DNA of 43,258 nucleotides from a virus. Taxonomy: Duplodnaviria > Caudoviricetes. Positions 13,897-23,431 of the stretch are shown here, piece after piece (position 1 is the first letter of the stretch; each line of letters starts with the position of its first letter). The notes under the pieces were generated by a model that was given only the letters and a program-made list of their open reading frames with translations, was not told where the DNA came from and did no database searches. Location of the stretch: positions 1-43,258 of the IMG/VR virus record IMGVR_UViG_3300027740_000046; one strand, written 5' to 3'. A program made the position numbers and the translations under genes.

Positions 13897-15454
13897 TATT
13901 ACCTGGCAGCCCACGCAACTACGCGCAGCAAGGTCTACCGCGAATATACTAGTGTTTGGCGGGGAAGCCGGGGGCGGTAAGACTCGCTTCATTATTCAGT
14001 ACTTCGCGAACGCGATGCTACAATTTCCCGGATTTCAAGGCGTTATCTTCCGACGCACAACTCCTGAGATTCACGGCGCTGGCTCGCTGTGGGAAGAATC
14101 GCAAGAGGTGTTCCGCCCGATACCCGGCGCTACGGCGCGCGAGTCACCGACGTTTGAGTGGCGCCTCGGTCGGTCACTCGTAGAGTTCCGGCCTATGCAA
14201 TACGAGAGCGATATCTACGCACACCAGGGTAAGCAATACGGCGGCATAGCGTTTGATGAAGGCACCCGTTTTACAGCTAATCAAATCTGGTATCTCATGG
14301 GATCTCGTAATCGTAACGCTACCGCACCGGATGATTTCGTGCCGTTCACGATACTAACTGTAAATCCCGATCCAGATAGTCCGATAAAAAAGCTAATCGA
14401 ATGGTGGCTCGATGCGCCTGGTCAATACCCCCGTGCCGATCGCGATGGGGTATTGCGTTGGTTTGTGAGGTCGCGAAACGGTGAGATTTTTTGGGCCGAT
14501 ACTCCCGATCAACTTCCGGCTGAATCGGAACCGCGCTCGATGACATTTATTCGGTCTAGACTTAGCGATAATCAAGCGCTGCTTAAAAAAGATCCTGGTT
14601 ATAGGTCGCGCCTAGAAACACTGCTGCCCCACGAGCGCGCTCGGCTGTTGAAGGGCGACTGGCTAGCGCGACCAACGCAAGGAGATTTCTTTCAACGCGG
14701 TTGGTTTCGCGAGTTGGGCGATACCGACCTCAATCGGCGACTCAAGAAACACCCGAGCCTCGAGCGCGACATGGTCAAGGTCGTGCGCTGCTGGGACCTC
14801 GCGGCTACGCCCGTAAAAGGCTGCCTAGTGCCCGGAGTGCCGCGCCCTCCTGGTTTTATCGCGACCGAAAAAGAAGCCGACTGGACGCGCGGAGTAAAGC
14901 TCGGCCTGTTCCGTGGGCGTGATGTCGTAGTGCTCGATATGGTATCATGTCGGGATACGCCCGGCGCGGTCGATGAACTTATCCGCGAGACCGCACGGCG
15001 CGACGGACCTACCACGGTAATCGGCCTGCCGCAAGATCCGGGTCAGGCTGGCGTTGACCAGTTAGAACGCAAGAAAAAAGACCTACGCGGACTAGGGCGA
15101 GTAATAGGTTTGGTTCGCTCGCGCAACAAGGAGTTTTACGCACGTCCGGTTGCAACCTACGCCTATCAGCGACGCGTTTGGTTTAAGCTTGGAGCCTGGA
15201 ATGCTGACTTTTTTAATGAAATCGAGACCTTTCCGCCTCAAGAAAGATATCAGCATGATGATGTGGTAGACGCGTTTGCAGATGCGTTTCGGCTCGTAGA
15301 CACGCTGCCGCGGGCATATGGTTACGATCCCGTGCGCGATGTGAATCAGGATAATGAGAGTAAACGGCTAGAGGATTACTACCGCGACGACGATCCGGTT
15401 ATCGAGGATCGTATACGCGCGACGGTTGGGTTTGGTAGGAGAGACCTGCTATGA
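13889..15454 (+). CDS. terL: Terminase large subunit
   Basis: Walker A GGEAGGGKT, Walker B FDEG, TVNP, nuclease motifs WDLA and HDDVVDA. Confidence 0.95.
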   Translation: MPDITWQPTQLRAARSTANILVFGGEAGGGKTRFIIQYFANAMLQFPGFQGVIFRRTTPEIHGAGSLWEESQEVFRPIPGATARESPTFEWRLGRSLVEFRPMQYESDIYAHQGKQYGGIAFDEGTRFTANQIWYLMGSRNRNATAPDDFVPFTILTVNPDPDSPIKKLIEWWLDAPGQYPRADRDGVLRWFVRSRNGEIFWADTPDQLPAESEPRSMTFIRSRLSDNQALLKKDPGYRSRLETLLPHERARLLKGDWLARPTQGDFFQRGWFRELGDTDLNRRLKKHPSLERDMVKVVRCWDLAATPVKGCLVPGVPRPPGFIATEKEADWTRGVKLGLFRGRDVVVLDMVSCRDTPGAVDELIRETARRDGPTTVIGLPQDPGQAGVDQLERKKKDLRGLGRVIGLVRSRNKEFYARPVATYAYQRRVWFKLGAWNADFFNEIETFPPQERYQHDDVVDAFADAFRLVDTLPRAYGYDPVRDVNQDNESKRLEDYYRDDDPVIEDRIRATVGFGRRDLL

Positions 15455-15491
15455 TAATCCGAATATTACCGGAAGACAGAGGACTTTTGTA

Positions 15492-17054
15492 ATGGCTATA
15501 TTCGATCAATTTGGGCGAGCCATTGAAAAGCGGTGGCTAACCAAGGAAATCGCAAGAGCAGAAACGTCAGGCGTTCGGCCGGCTATTTACGACGCTGTAA
15601 GTAACGGCCTAACTCCCGCACGGCTTGCGAATATTTTACGTACCGCCGTGGAGGGCGATGCTGTATCATATCTATCACTGGCCGAGGAGATGGAAGAGCG
15701 CTATCTTCACTACCGGGGTGTGCTCTATACAAGAAAGTCGTCAGTCAGCGGCGCAACGTTGTCGGTCGAGCCGTTAGACGAGAGTCCTAGAGCGCAAGAG
15801 ATTGCTGATGCGTGCTCTAAACACGTGGTAAAAAGGTCGATATTTCGTAGCATGTTATTCGATTTACTCGATGCACTTGGGAAATCCTATTCAGTGGTCG
15901 AACCTATCTGGTATACAGCCTCTACGCCCTGGACCTACAAGGCGTTCGAATGGCGCGATCAGCGATGGTTCCATTATGACCGCGTTACACAACGTGAGTT
16001 ACGGCTGCGCAATCAAAACAATCCAGACGGCGATCCGTTGCCAGGCGGCGCATTTGTAGTGCATACGCCAAAGATAAAAAGTGGGCTGCCGATACGTGGT
16101 GGTCTCGCACGCGTAGCGGCTATCGCGTACATGATTTCGATGTACACGCTAAAAGACTGGCTCGCGTACATGGAAGTTTTTGGTATGCCTCTCCGGCTCG
16201 GGAAGTACGATCCAGATCGCATCAAAGAACCGGAACGGCTTACCCTTCGTACCGCGCTAGCCAATCTAGGACACGATGCGGCGGCGATGATACCTGAGGG
16301 CATGGACATAGAAATAGTAGATGTAAACCGCGGCACGGCTGGGCCCCTATTTTCGAGCCTAGCGGATTACGTGGATAAGCAGGTCAGCAAGGGTGTACTC
16401 GGCCAGACGATGACCACGGATGACGGTGCGAGCCTATCACAAGCTCGTGTGCACGGCGAAGTGAAGCAAGATATCCGCGTTGCGGACGCTACCGATCTTA
16501 CGGCTACCGTCCAAGAAGGGATTATACGGCCGTGGTGTCAATTAAATTACGGCGAGGACGCGCCGATATGCAGGTTCCTGATCGATGTCGAACCTCCCGA
16601 GGACCTTAAAACGTTTACCGAAACCGTATTGCCGTGGGTCGAACGTGGAGGATTACGCGTGGGAGCGGGTTTTATACGGGATAAATTCGGTATACCCGAT
16701 CCCGTCGAAGATCAAGAAACCGAAATACTGGAAGCCGTACCTAAAGCACCCGTGTCGTTTGGTAGGCCTTTGCCAGCTGATGGTGAGCCCGCGTTATCAT
16801 CTCAATCGATTGGTAACACGTCTGTGCTCGAAAACGAGACCGAGACGCTCGTAGATAATGCCACCTCCGAGTGGCGGCGCATAATGTCGCCGCAACAGAA
16901 AGCGGTTAGCGAGTTAGCTAACGCGTGTAACTCGTATGAGGAATTTAAATCGCGATTAGGAACGCTAATCGAACAATTCAACTCGGATCCGTTCCTCGAT
17001 ATGTTAGTCTCGCAAATGTTTAAGGCGCGTGGACTAGGGGATACGCAACCATGA
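15492..17054 (+). CDS. Portal protein, Mu gp29 / DUF935 family
   Basis: GLTPARLANIL, LAEEMEER, W..YMEVFGMPLRLGKY, SKGVLGQTMTT, VHGEV. Confidence 0.93.
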   Translation: MAIFDQFGRAIEKRWLTKEIARAETSGVRPAIYDAVSNGLTPARLANILRTAVEGDAVSYLSLAEEMEERYLHYRGVLYTRKSSVSGATLSVEPLDESPRAQEIADACSKHVVKRSIFRSMLFDLLDALGKSYSVVEPIWYTASTPWTYKAFEWRDQRWFHYDRVTQRELRLRNQNNPDGDPLPGGAFVVHTPKIKSGLPIRGGLARVAAIAYMISMYTLKDWLAYMEVFGMPLRLGKYDPDRIKEPERLTLRTALANLGHDAAAMIPEGMDIEIVDVNRGTAGPLFSSLADYVDKQVSKGVLGQTMTTDDGASLSQARVHGEVKQDIRVADATDLTATVQEGIIRPWCQLNYGEDAPICRFLIDVEPPEDLKTFTETVLPWVERGGLRVGAGFIRDKFGIPDPVEDQETEILEAVPKAPVSFGRPLPADGEPALSSQSIGNTSVLENETETLVDNATSEWRRIMSPQQKAVSELANACNSYEEFKSRLGTLIEQFNSDPFLDMLVSQMFKARGLGDTQP

Positions 17055-17788
17055 TAGGTCTAGCGTGGGTAAGCCCGCAGTCTGGTCCGCTACCGCCGAA
17101 AGAGGTGCTGGACTATTTCAAGTCTAAGGGCATGAAACCGGCGTTTTCTTATGCAGATGTGTGGCGAGAAGAGCATACGGTTGCCTTCACCGTTGCGGGT
17201 GTGATGGAAAAAGATTTACTCGTTGACCTGCATAAGGCCGTGGACGAGGCGTTGCGTGAAGGGTTGCCATTCGCCGAGTTCCGCAAAAAGACTACCGCGG
17301 TACTCGCGGATAACGGTTGGCTCGGGCGCAAGACCGTAATCGATCCGATTACGAAAGAGGAAAAAGAAGTCGATCTCGGCCAGCCACGTCGGCTAAAGAC
17401 TATCTTCGATACAAATGTTCGTACAGCGCGTGCGGCCGGGCAATGGGCGCGAATAACGCGCGCGGCTAAGTACATGCCGTACCTCGAGTACAGTCTCGGA
17501 CCTAGCCGCATACATCGCCCGGAGCACGAAATGTTTGATGGACTTATCCTCCAAGTCGATGACAAATTCTGGCGTACCCATATGCCGCCGAACGGTTACG
17601 GCTGCCGATGCCGAACGCGTCAACTCTCCGAGACCGAGGCTCACCGACGAGGGATCGGCAAGTCTCCTGAGCTGCCTATGCGCACATGGGAGAATCCGAG
17701 GACCGGCAGACAGATGCAGGTGCCCTATGGTTGCGACCCCGGCTTTGATTTCAATCCCGGGCTCGAAAGATTTGGAGGTCTGAAATGA
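17051..17788 (+). CDS. Head morphogenesis protein, Mu gp30/F-like
   Basis: RRLKTIFDTN, HRPEH, PPNGYGCRC, DPGFDFNPG. Confidence 0.92.
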   Translation: MIGLAWVSPQSGPLPPKEVLDYFKSKGMKPAFSYADVWREEHTVAFTVAGVMEKDLLVDLHKAVDEALREGLPFAEFRKKTTAVLADNGWLGRKTVIDPITKEEKEVDLGQPRRLKTIFDTNVRTARAAGQWARITRAAKYMPYLEYSLGPSRIHRPEHEMFDGLILQVDDKFWRTHMPPNGYGCRCRTRQLSETEAHRRGIGKSPELPMRTWENPRTGRQMQVPYGCDPGFDFNPGLERFGGLK

Positions 17789-17943
17789 AGCTAACCAAGT
17801 CAGACGAAATCGTTGCTATTTTTTGCTGGCTCGCCGGCGCGCTCGTGGTCTGGAAATGCGAGGGCATCACCTTGTGTTTTTGGCTAGTGATAATTCTGAT
17901 GCTTCCCGCGGCGAATCGCGTGAGCGACAAAATCCTGAGGTAA
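17785..17943 (+). CDS. Small membrane protein, 52 aa
   Basis: GGAGG SD, ATGA overlap, two hydrophobic segments. Confidence 0.5.
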   Translation: MKLTKSDEIVAIFCWLAGALVVWKCEGITLCFWLVIILMLPAANRVSDKILR

Positions 17944-17946
17944 ACC

Positions 17947-18255
17947 GTGACCCGACGACCTGTTCACGCGCCGGGAGTTGAACGCGTCGATGGCGCCCTT
18001 TTTCAGACCTCGTTGTGCGATGGGCAGCGCGCGATTTATCGCGATATCCTCACAGCGACCCGTCGTACTACGACGCCTGGGACACTTTTTTACTCGGTGG
18101 ATTCGGGTCGCGTTACCTGTCGATTGTGCGTTGAGAAAATGGGGGCTCGGCTGGATTCGAAACGCGAATTAAAACGAGCGGTAGAAAAAATACGGGATCG
18201 AATTTATCATGCGCGGCGCGAATTGGCAGCATTAAAATCAAGCGCAAATAGTTGA
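17947..18255 (+). CDS. Hypothetical protein with possible Zn ligands
   Basis: GAGG SD, GTG start; H..C..VTCRLC. Confidence 0.55.
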   Translation: MTRRPVHAPGVERVDGALFQTSLCDGQRAIYRDILTATRRTTTPGTLFYSVDSGRVTCRLCVEKMGARLDSKRELKRAVEKIRDRIYHARRELAALKSSANS

Positions 18256-18326
18256 TATCATTAGCCTATCCAATTATTTTAAAAAAAGGCTTGACGGAAA
18301 ATACGACCATACACCACGTTTAGGGT

Positions 18327-19400
18327 ATGGCTTTCACCTGCCCTTCCTTACCGTCCCACCAATGCCAGCGCGACGGCTTACGAATCGCGACATGCTCGGA
18401 ATTCCCGGTACTAATCGACGGCGCGCTGCCGGAGTGGCTTGAGATAATTCCCCCCCCCGTGGATGGCGCGGTACGAGGTCGCGATGGGCGCGCGTATACC
18501 ATGCGTGATCCGGTTGCGGTCCTCGATGAATTCGTGCGACTCGGGCTGGATCTGCCGATCGATATCAACCACTCGTCGGAGCTGGCAGCACCACGGGGCG
18601 AAGAGAGTCCTGCCATGGGTTTCGTGACAGAGCTCGTGATCAAGCCGGGCGGCGGGATATGGGGCCGCGCGGAATGGACCGAGTACGGCCGTCGATGGCT
18701 TGCCGGAAATCCGTATAAATACGTATCTCCCGCGTTTCGGGTCGACGGCAAACAGATTTCGGAAAAGCTCGGCACGTTGGGTGAGGTGATCGCGCTGACG
18801 AGTATAGGCCTAACAAATAGGCCGAATTTTGATTTGATGGCGCTAAACGCTAAAAACGATAATAGCGAAATAAAATCGGAGGATAACCAGATGGATACGA
18901 AGAATTTTTTGACTACTCTAGGTTTGAAAGAAAACGCAACGCCGGAGCAAATCAAGGCGCGCATCGACGAACTGGTCGAAGCAGCGACCGTGCCCGTGCC
19001 CGCGCTAAATTCGCAGGAAGCAATCAACGCGCAGATTGATATCGCGGTACAAGCCGCGGTTAAGCCTCTGCAAGAACAAGCGCAAAAAGCACGTGCGATA
19101 GCGATCAACACCACGATCGATCGGTACGTGGCGCTCGGCAAGATCCAGCCGACCGCGGAGTCAAAGAAATTCTGGGCCGATAGCTGCGGCGATTCCGAGG
19201 ACGGGTTACTTCGCGTATCCAAGCATCTCGAATTGATGCCTAGTCTGGTCTCGACGAACGCTACACTACCGGGTCTTCCGCCGGAGCAAGGAGCGGGATC
19301 ACTAACCGATAGTCAGATTAAGATCTGTGACATGTTACAGATTTCACAGGACGATTATAAGAAAACCCTGGCCGCGCGTCAGGGGAAGGAAGGTAATTAA
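18327..19400 (+). CDS. Mu gp32 (I)-like prohead protease/scaffold
   Basis: PEWLEIIP, GRDGR, PIDINH, EWTEYG, YKYVSPAF, GLTNRP. Confidence 0.92.
   Translation: MAFTCPSLPSHQCQRDGLRIATCSEFPVLIDGALPEWLEIIPPPVDGAVRGRDGRAYTMRDPVAVLDEFVRLGLDLPIDINHSSELAAPRGEESPAMGFVTELVIKPGGGIWGRAEWTEYGRRWLAGNPYKYVSPAFRVDGKQISEKLGTLGEVIALTSIGLTNRPNFDLMALNAKNDNSEIKSEDNQMDTKNFLTTLGLKENATPEQIKARIDELVEAATVPVPALNSQEAINAQIDIAVQAAVKPLQEQAQKARAIAINTTIDRYVALGKIQPTAESKKFWADSCGDSEDGLLRVSKHLELMPSLVSTNATLPGLPPEQGAGSLTDSQIKICDMLQISQDDYKKTLAARQGKEGN
18356..18391 (+). repeat. Solo CRISPR repeat copy H inside the 5' end of the protease gene
   Basis: CCACCAATGCCAGCGCGACGGCTTACGAATCGCGAC, 33/36. Confidence 0.93.
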
Positions 19401-19402
19401 AA

Positions 19403-20242
19403 ATGACTGCATTAGCAAAAGATAGGTACATCCAAGAAGCGATCGGCGCCGAATATTCGGCGTCGGTAAAAGCCGCCGCGAAGATCTTCGCGGGCGCGTT
19501 GATCGCACAGGATACCGATGGGGACGCGGCTCCGGGCTTCGTCAGCACCGCGATCCGTACACTAGGTATCGCGATGGAATACAAGGACAATACCCTGGGC
19601 GGAGATGGCGCGCTGACCGTGCGTTATCGCAAGGGTGTTTTCATGATGGAGAACAGCGCCTCCGCGGACGAGATTACGGATGCCGACGTGGATAACGTTT
19701 GCTATATCGTAGACGATCAAACCGTCGCGCGTACATCGGGCACTAATACCCGATCAATCGCTGGCAAGATACGCGGTATAGATACCGTAAGTCTAAAGGT
19801 CTACGTCGAGGTCGGCTACGTGACAAACGTGGACGGCGATCTTGTTGCCGCAAACAACCTCTCGGAATGCACGCCCGCTACGGCGCGCTCAAACATCGGC
19901 GCGAACCTGGTCGAGAAATACCTCGGGCGCTATCTCATGAACGCGAGCGCTACCTACTATGTTCCTTGCGAGATAGCAGGAGTTATCACGAGTATACGCT
20001 CGGCTATGGAAGGTGCGCTGACCGGCGGAGATCCTACGATCACCTGCTTGATCGATGCCACGCCGATCACCACCGGTGTACTAACTCTAGCCGCGGCCGG
20101 TTCTGGCGCAAACGTCAAAGACAGTTGCGCGCCATCGGCCGCGCGAACCGTAGCCGCCGGTAACTCAATTGGGCTGACAGTAGCGGCTAACAGTCAGAGC
20201 AACGCGGTTTACGCATCGATAACCGCACGGATCGAGACCTGA
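19403..20242 (+). CDS. Capsid decoration/cement-like protein with C-terminal extension
   Basis: MTALAKDR, KIFAGAL, CYIVDDQTVA, RSIAGKI; lies between protease and capsid. Confidence 0.75.
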   Translation: MTALAKDRYIQEAIGAEYSASVKAAAKIFAGALIAQDTDGDAAPGFVSTAIRTLGIAMEYKDNTLGGDGALTVRYRKGVFMMENSASADEITDADVDNVCYIVDDQTVARTSGTNTRSIAGKIRGIDTVSLKVYVEVGYVTNVDGDLVAANNLSECTPATARSNIGANLVEKYLGRYLMNASATYYVPCEIAGVITSIRSAMEGALTGGDPTITCLIDATPITTGVLTLAAAGSGANVKDSCAPSAARTVAAGNSIGLTVAANSQSNAVYASITARIET

Positions 20243-20276
20243 CAGGTAACGACCTAAAAGGATAAAGGAAATAAAA

Positions 20277-21182
20277 ATGATAGTCAACAGCGAAAATCTC
20301 AGTAACCTATTCACTGGATACAAAACCTCATTTCAGCGCGGACTCGACAGCAAGCAGCCTTCACAGGCTGATGTTATCGCAACGCGCGTTACTTCGGCAA
20401 CCAAGACCGAGAATTATAGCTGGCTCGGCCAGTTACCGGCTCTCCGAGAATGGATCGGACCACGGCAAATCCAGCGATTCGCCGCGCATGCCTATGCGCT
20501 TACCAACAAACGGTATGAACTGACCTGGGCAGTACCAATTGACGATATCGAAGACGATGCGGTTGGAGCTTACGCGACCTATTCGGAGGGCGCAGGCGCG
20601 TCTCTGGCTATGTGGCCCCATCAGATTCTATTCGCGCTATTCCAAACCGGAGATGCTGTCCTATGCTACGATGGTCAGTACTTTTTCGACATCGATCACC
20701 CGGTAGGCCGTGATACGCCGGTATCTACGTCTAATCTACTAAACGATGGCGGGGCGATGGCTGCGCATCCGTGGTATTTGATAGATACCACAAAGATCAT
20801 CAAGCCGATGATTTGGCAACTACGAAAAGCGCCGGTTATGACCTCGCAAACCGACCTCGCGGCGTCGAATGTATTTGAATTAGACGAGTTCCGGTTCGGC
20901 GTCAAGGCGCGTGGCAACGCGGGCTTTGGACTGTGGCAAACCGCGCTCCGCAACGAAGCGGCGCTTACGACCGCAAACCTAGAGGCAGCCATTCTCGCGA
21001 TGAATGCGTTTGAAAACGATGAGGGATATAAGCTGGGTATCAATCCCAATATCCTGCTAATCGGAGCATATCATCAGTTCAATGCGATCGATCTGTTGAC
21101 CAGGCAATTGCTAGACGCCGCCGGAGCGATCAACCCGCTGGTAAACAGATTGCAAATCGTGATAGTTCCCGAGCTTCCCTAA
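20277..21182 (+). CDS. Major capsid protein, Mu gpT family
   Basis: YSWLGQLPALREWIGPR, CYDGQYFFDIDHPV, KPMIWQLR, GFGLWQ. Confidence 0.95.
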   Translation: MIVNSENLSNLFTGYKTSFQRGLDSKQPSQADVIATRVTSATKTENYSWLGQLPALREWIGPRQIQRFAAHAYALTNKRYELTWAVPIDDIEDDAVGAYATYSEGAGASLAMWPHQILFALFQTGDAVLCYDGQYFFDIDHPVGRDTPVSTSNLLNDGGAMAAHPWYLIDTTKIIKPMIWQLRKAPVMTSQTDLAASNVFELDEFRFGVKARGNAGFGLWQTALRNEAALTTANLEAAILAMNAFENDEGYKLGINPNILLIGAYHQFNAIDLLTRQLLDAAGAINPLVNRLQIVIVPELP

Positions 21183-21193
21183 AGGAGGATATC

Positions 21194-21586
21194 GTGGATA
21201 AACCAGTAACGCGCGATGAATTCAAGACGCAATTCGGATCGGATACGATGGACGAACTGCGCCACATGGCCAGGGCAGATCTGAAAATAGAGATTCCGTT
21301 CGGAATCAAAAAGTCCGAGTTGCTGGATCTCATGTTTGACGCCTACGCAAAGGTCGGAATTAAACCGGCCGAACAGATAACTCCCATGATAACCGATGCG
21401 GTAAACACACCGCCGACTACGCCGGTTATAACGATTAGCTGTAAGGCTCCCAAAGGGATACGTCGAGGTGATCGGTTCTGGCCGAGTGGAAAACAAACCT
21501 TTGCAGAAAACGAGTTATCCGCCGAACTTCTAAGTATCCTAGCGAGCGATCGGATGTTCTTGATCGAGACTACGAAAGTTGAATAG
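21194..21586 (+). CDS. Mu gp35/HI1506-like protein
   Basis: GIRRG..W and ILASDRM C-terminal pattern; synteny. Confidence 0.6.
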   Translation: MDKPVTRDEFKTQFGSDTMDELRHMARADLKIEIPFGIKKSELLDLMFDAYAKVGIKPAEQITPMITDAVNTPPTTPVITISCKAPKGIRRGDRFWPSGKQTFAENELSAELLSILASDRMFLIETTKVE

Positions 21587-21589
21587 CGA

Positions 21590-22018
21590 GTGGCATACGC
21601 AACGCAGCAAAACTGTATCGACCGCTATGGGACGGATATCGTTACGGTAGCGACCGATCACGACGGAAACGGAGTTATAGATAATAGCGTTTTACAGCGT
21701 GCATTAGATGATGCGACGGCAACGATCAATAGTTACGTGGCCGGTCTGCCGGGTTTTCCGTTCGAAGTGACGCCAGACAGTTTTGAAAAACTTTGCTGCG
21801 AAATGGCGCTTTATAACGCGTCGTTCACTGCCAATACCGTTACCGAGGAGCAACGCACGCGATACGACGATGCGCTGAAATATCTGACATTGGTAGCTCA
21901 GCAGAAGATCCGGCTTAGCACGGGAGCCGGTCAGAACATTGTCGAATCAAATGCCACAGCCAACATTATCAGTTCGGAGCGTATATTTACTCGTACTAGT
22001 CTGGGTAGGCTTTTTTAA
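21590..22018 (+). CDS. Head-tail adaptor, Mu gp36 / DUF1320
   Basis: MAYAT, ALDDATATINSY, RYDDALKYL. Confidence 0.88.
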   Translation: MAYATQQNCIDRYGTDIVTVATDHDGNGVIDNSVLQRALDDATATINSYVAGLPGFPFEVTPDSFEKLCCEMALYNASFTANTVTEEQRTRYDDALKYLTLVAQQKIRLSTGAGQNIVESNATANIISSERIFTRTSLGRLF

Positions 22019-22461
22019 TGGCTGGCGCGGTATTAGAGATCAAAAGCAAAGAGCTGGCGACGTTAAATAAACGGCTTGTCAAATGGTTCGCTAAAATCGA
22101 TAAGCCATCAGAGGCCATGGAATTAATTGCGACGCATCTAGAGAGCCAGACCCGGCGGCGCATCGAAGAAGAGCGTGCCGATTCAGAGAGTAGAGCATGG
22201 CCAGAGTGGAGCGAGAAATACGCCAAAACGCGACATGAAAATCAGAACCTCTTGCAAAACGAGGGGGATCTGGTCGATGATATAGCGCCCGATTCGGGCG
22301 CTGATTTCGCAAAGGCTTATGTTACCATGATTTATGCGCGTACGCATCAGCTAGGAGATAAGAAACGCAATATTCCCGCGCGTCCGTATCTCGGATTAAG
22401 TAAAGTAAACGCAAAGGATATCGAGAACGAGATAGCGAAATTCATCGAGGCGGCGCTATGA
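22018..22461 (+). CDS. Virion morphogenesis protein (Mu gpG-like)
   Basis: YARTHQLG, IPARPYLGLS. Confidence 0.9.
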   Translation: MAGAVLEIKSKELATLNKRLVKWFAKIDKPSEAMELIATHLESQTRRRIEEERADSESRAWPEWSEKYAKTRHENQNLLQNEGDLVDDIAPDSGADFAKAYVTMIYARTHQLGDKKRNIPARPYLGLSKVNAKDIENEIAKFIEAAL

Positions 22462-23102
22462 ATCTCCTGGAACTACGCGCGGGCGCGGCTTCTGCGATTC
22501 GCACGGGACTTGTCGGACAGGAAGGCCGGACGGTCACCGTCGGAACGCATGGCGGAGAGTATAGTTTGAAAGAAATTCAGCGATACGCGCAGAAAGCTCC
22601 GGCCGTCATTATATCTGTGCTATCCTGCGATACCGATAAATCTCCGTTGGTAACCATAGGCGCCACGGCTCACATGGCCGCGTTTGTAATGGATCGTAGC
22701 CACGCGGGCGATCCGCGCGACGAAAACGCGCTCGATTTGGTAACCAGACTATTGCGGATATTAGCCGCCCCGGGGCAATTCTGGGGGCTTACTGGCTGCT
22801 TATCTGCTCCCCAGAACATCCGGTCGCGGAATCTCTATGCGCCCGATCTGGACGGTATAGGGATAGCTCTATGGGCCGTGACCTGGGCGCAATTAGTGGA
22901 TCTTACCGATGACCTCGGCCTGGAACTGGAAGATTTTAATATCCTGCATGTCCATTACGATTTGGGGCCGGAACCCGATGGTGTGCTCGAGGCCGAGGAC
23001 GAAATCGAACTCAATCCGCTAGCCGAGGAAGTGATTGCGGGCAACGATGCGGACGGCGTACTTAAGGATACTGATGATGTAGGAGGGGCGGTAAATGGCT
23101 AA
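22458..23102 (+). CDS. Tail completion protein, Mu gp37-like
   Basis: THGG, APAV, NLY, GIALWAVTW; synteny. Confidence 0.75.
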   Translation: MNLLELRAGAASAIRTGLVGQEGRTVTVGTHGGEYSLKEIQRYAQKAPAVIISVLSCDTDKSPLVTIGATAHMAAFVMDRSHAGDPRDENALDLVTRLLRILAAPGQFWGLTGCLSAPQNIRSRNLYAPDLDGIGIALWAVTWAQLVDLTDDLGLELEDFNILHVHYDLGPEPDGVLEAEDEIELNPLAEEVIAGNDADGVLKDTDDVGGAVNG

Positions 23103-23418
23103 GAAACAGCATGGCGCCCTTACCCCAGCTAGTCGTAGGCCGTTTGATGCAGCTGGTCGAGGCAACCATGTTCTTCAGGGATTTAGCGCCGTGCTCGACG
23201 AGGCCGCGCGCCTCGCGATAGTGCAAACCACCACCGACCGAGGGCGCGTAATCGAACAGACCGGCGGCGTGACGCCTGGGTTATACGTTGCCGATGGCGC
23301 AGGCGGTTGGATGTTTTTGAAACCATATATTGCGCCCGTATTCGCTACAGGCGTAGGGCATACGGTTGATCAATTAATTACTGTTTTACAAGGATTATCC
23401 ATAGTTAAACAATCCTAA
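23095..23418 (+). CDS. Hypothetical protein sharing a domain with the N-terminus of the collagen-like protein
   Basis: AGGAGG SD; ARLAI.QT.TDRGRV.EQ.GG..PG.YVADGAGGW shared with 37131-38315. Confidence 0.75.
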   Translation: MAKKQHGALTPASRRPFDAAGRGNHVLQGFSAVLDEAARLAIVQTTTDRGRVIEQTGGVTPGLYVADGAGGWMFLKPYIAPVFATGVGHTVDQLITVLQGLSIVKQS

Positions 23419-23431
23419 AAAGAGGCAAAAC

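Noticed and set aside
18291-18320. Promoter before the protease gene
   Set aside because: Good TTGACG with an upstream A tract, but no convincing -10 at normal spacing.
18320-19222. Long antisense ORFs (also 26089-26772, 26923-27561, 6376-6942)
   Set aside because: They lie opposite well-supported genes and show no motifs; likely shadows of GC-rich coding sequence.
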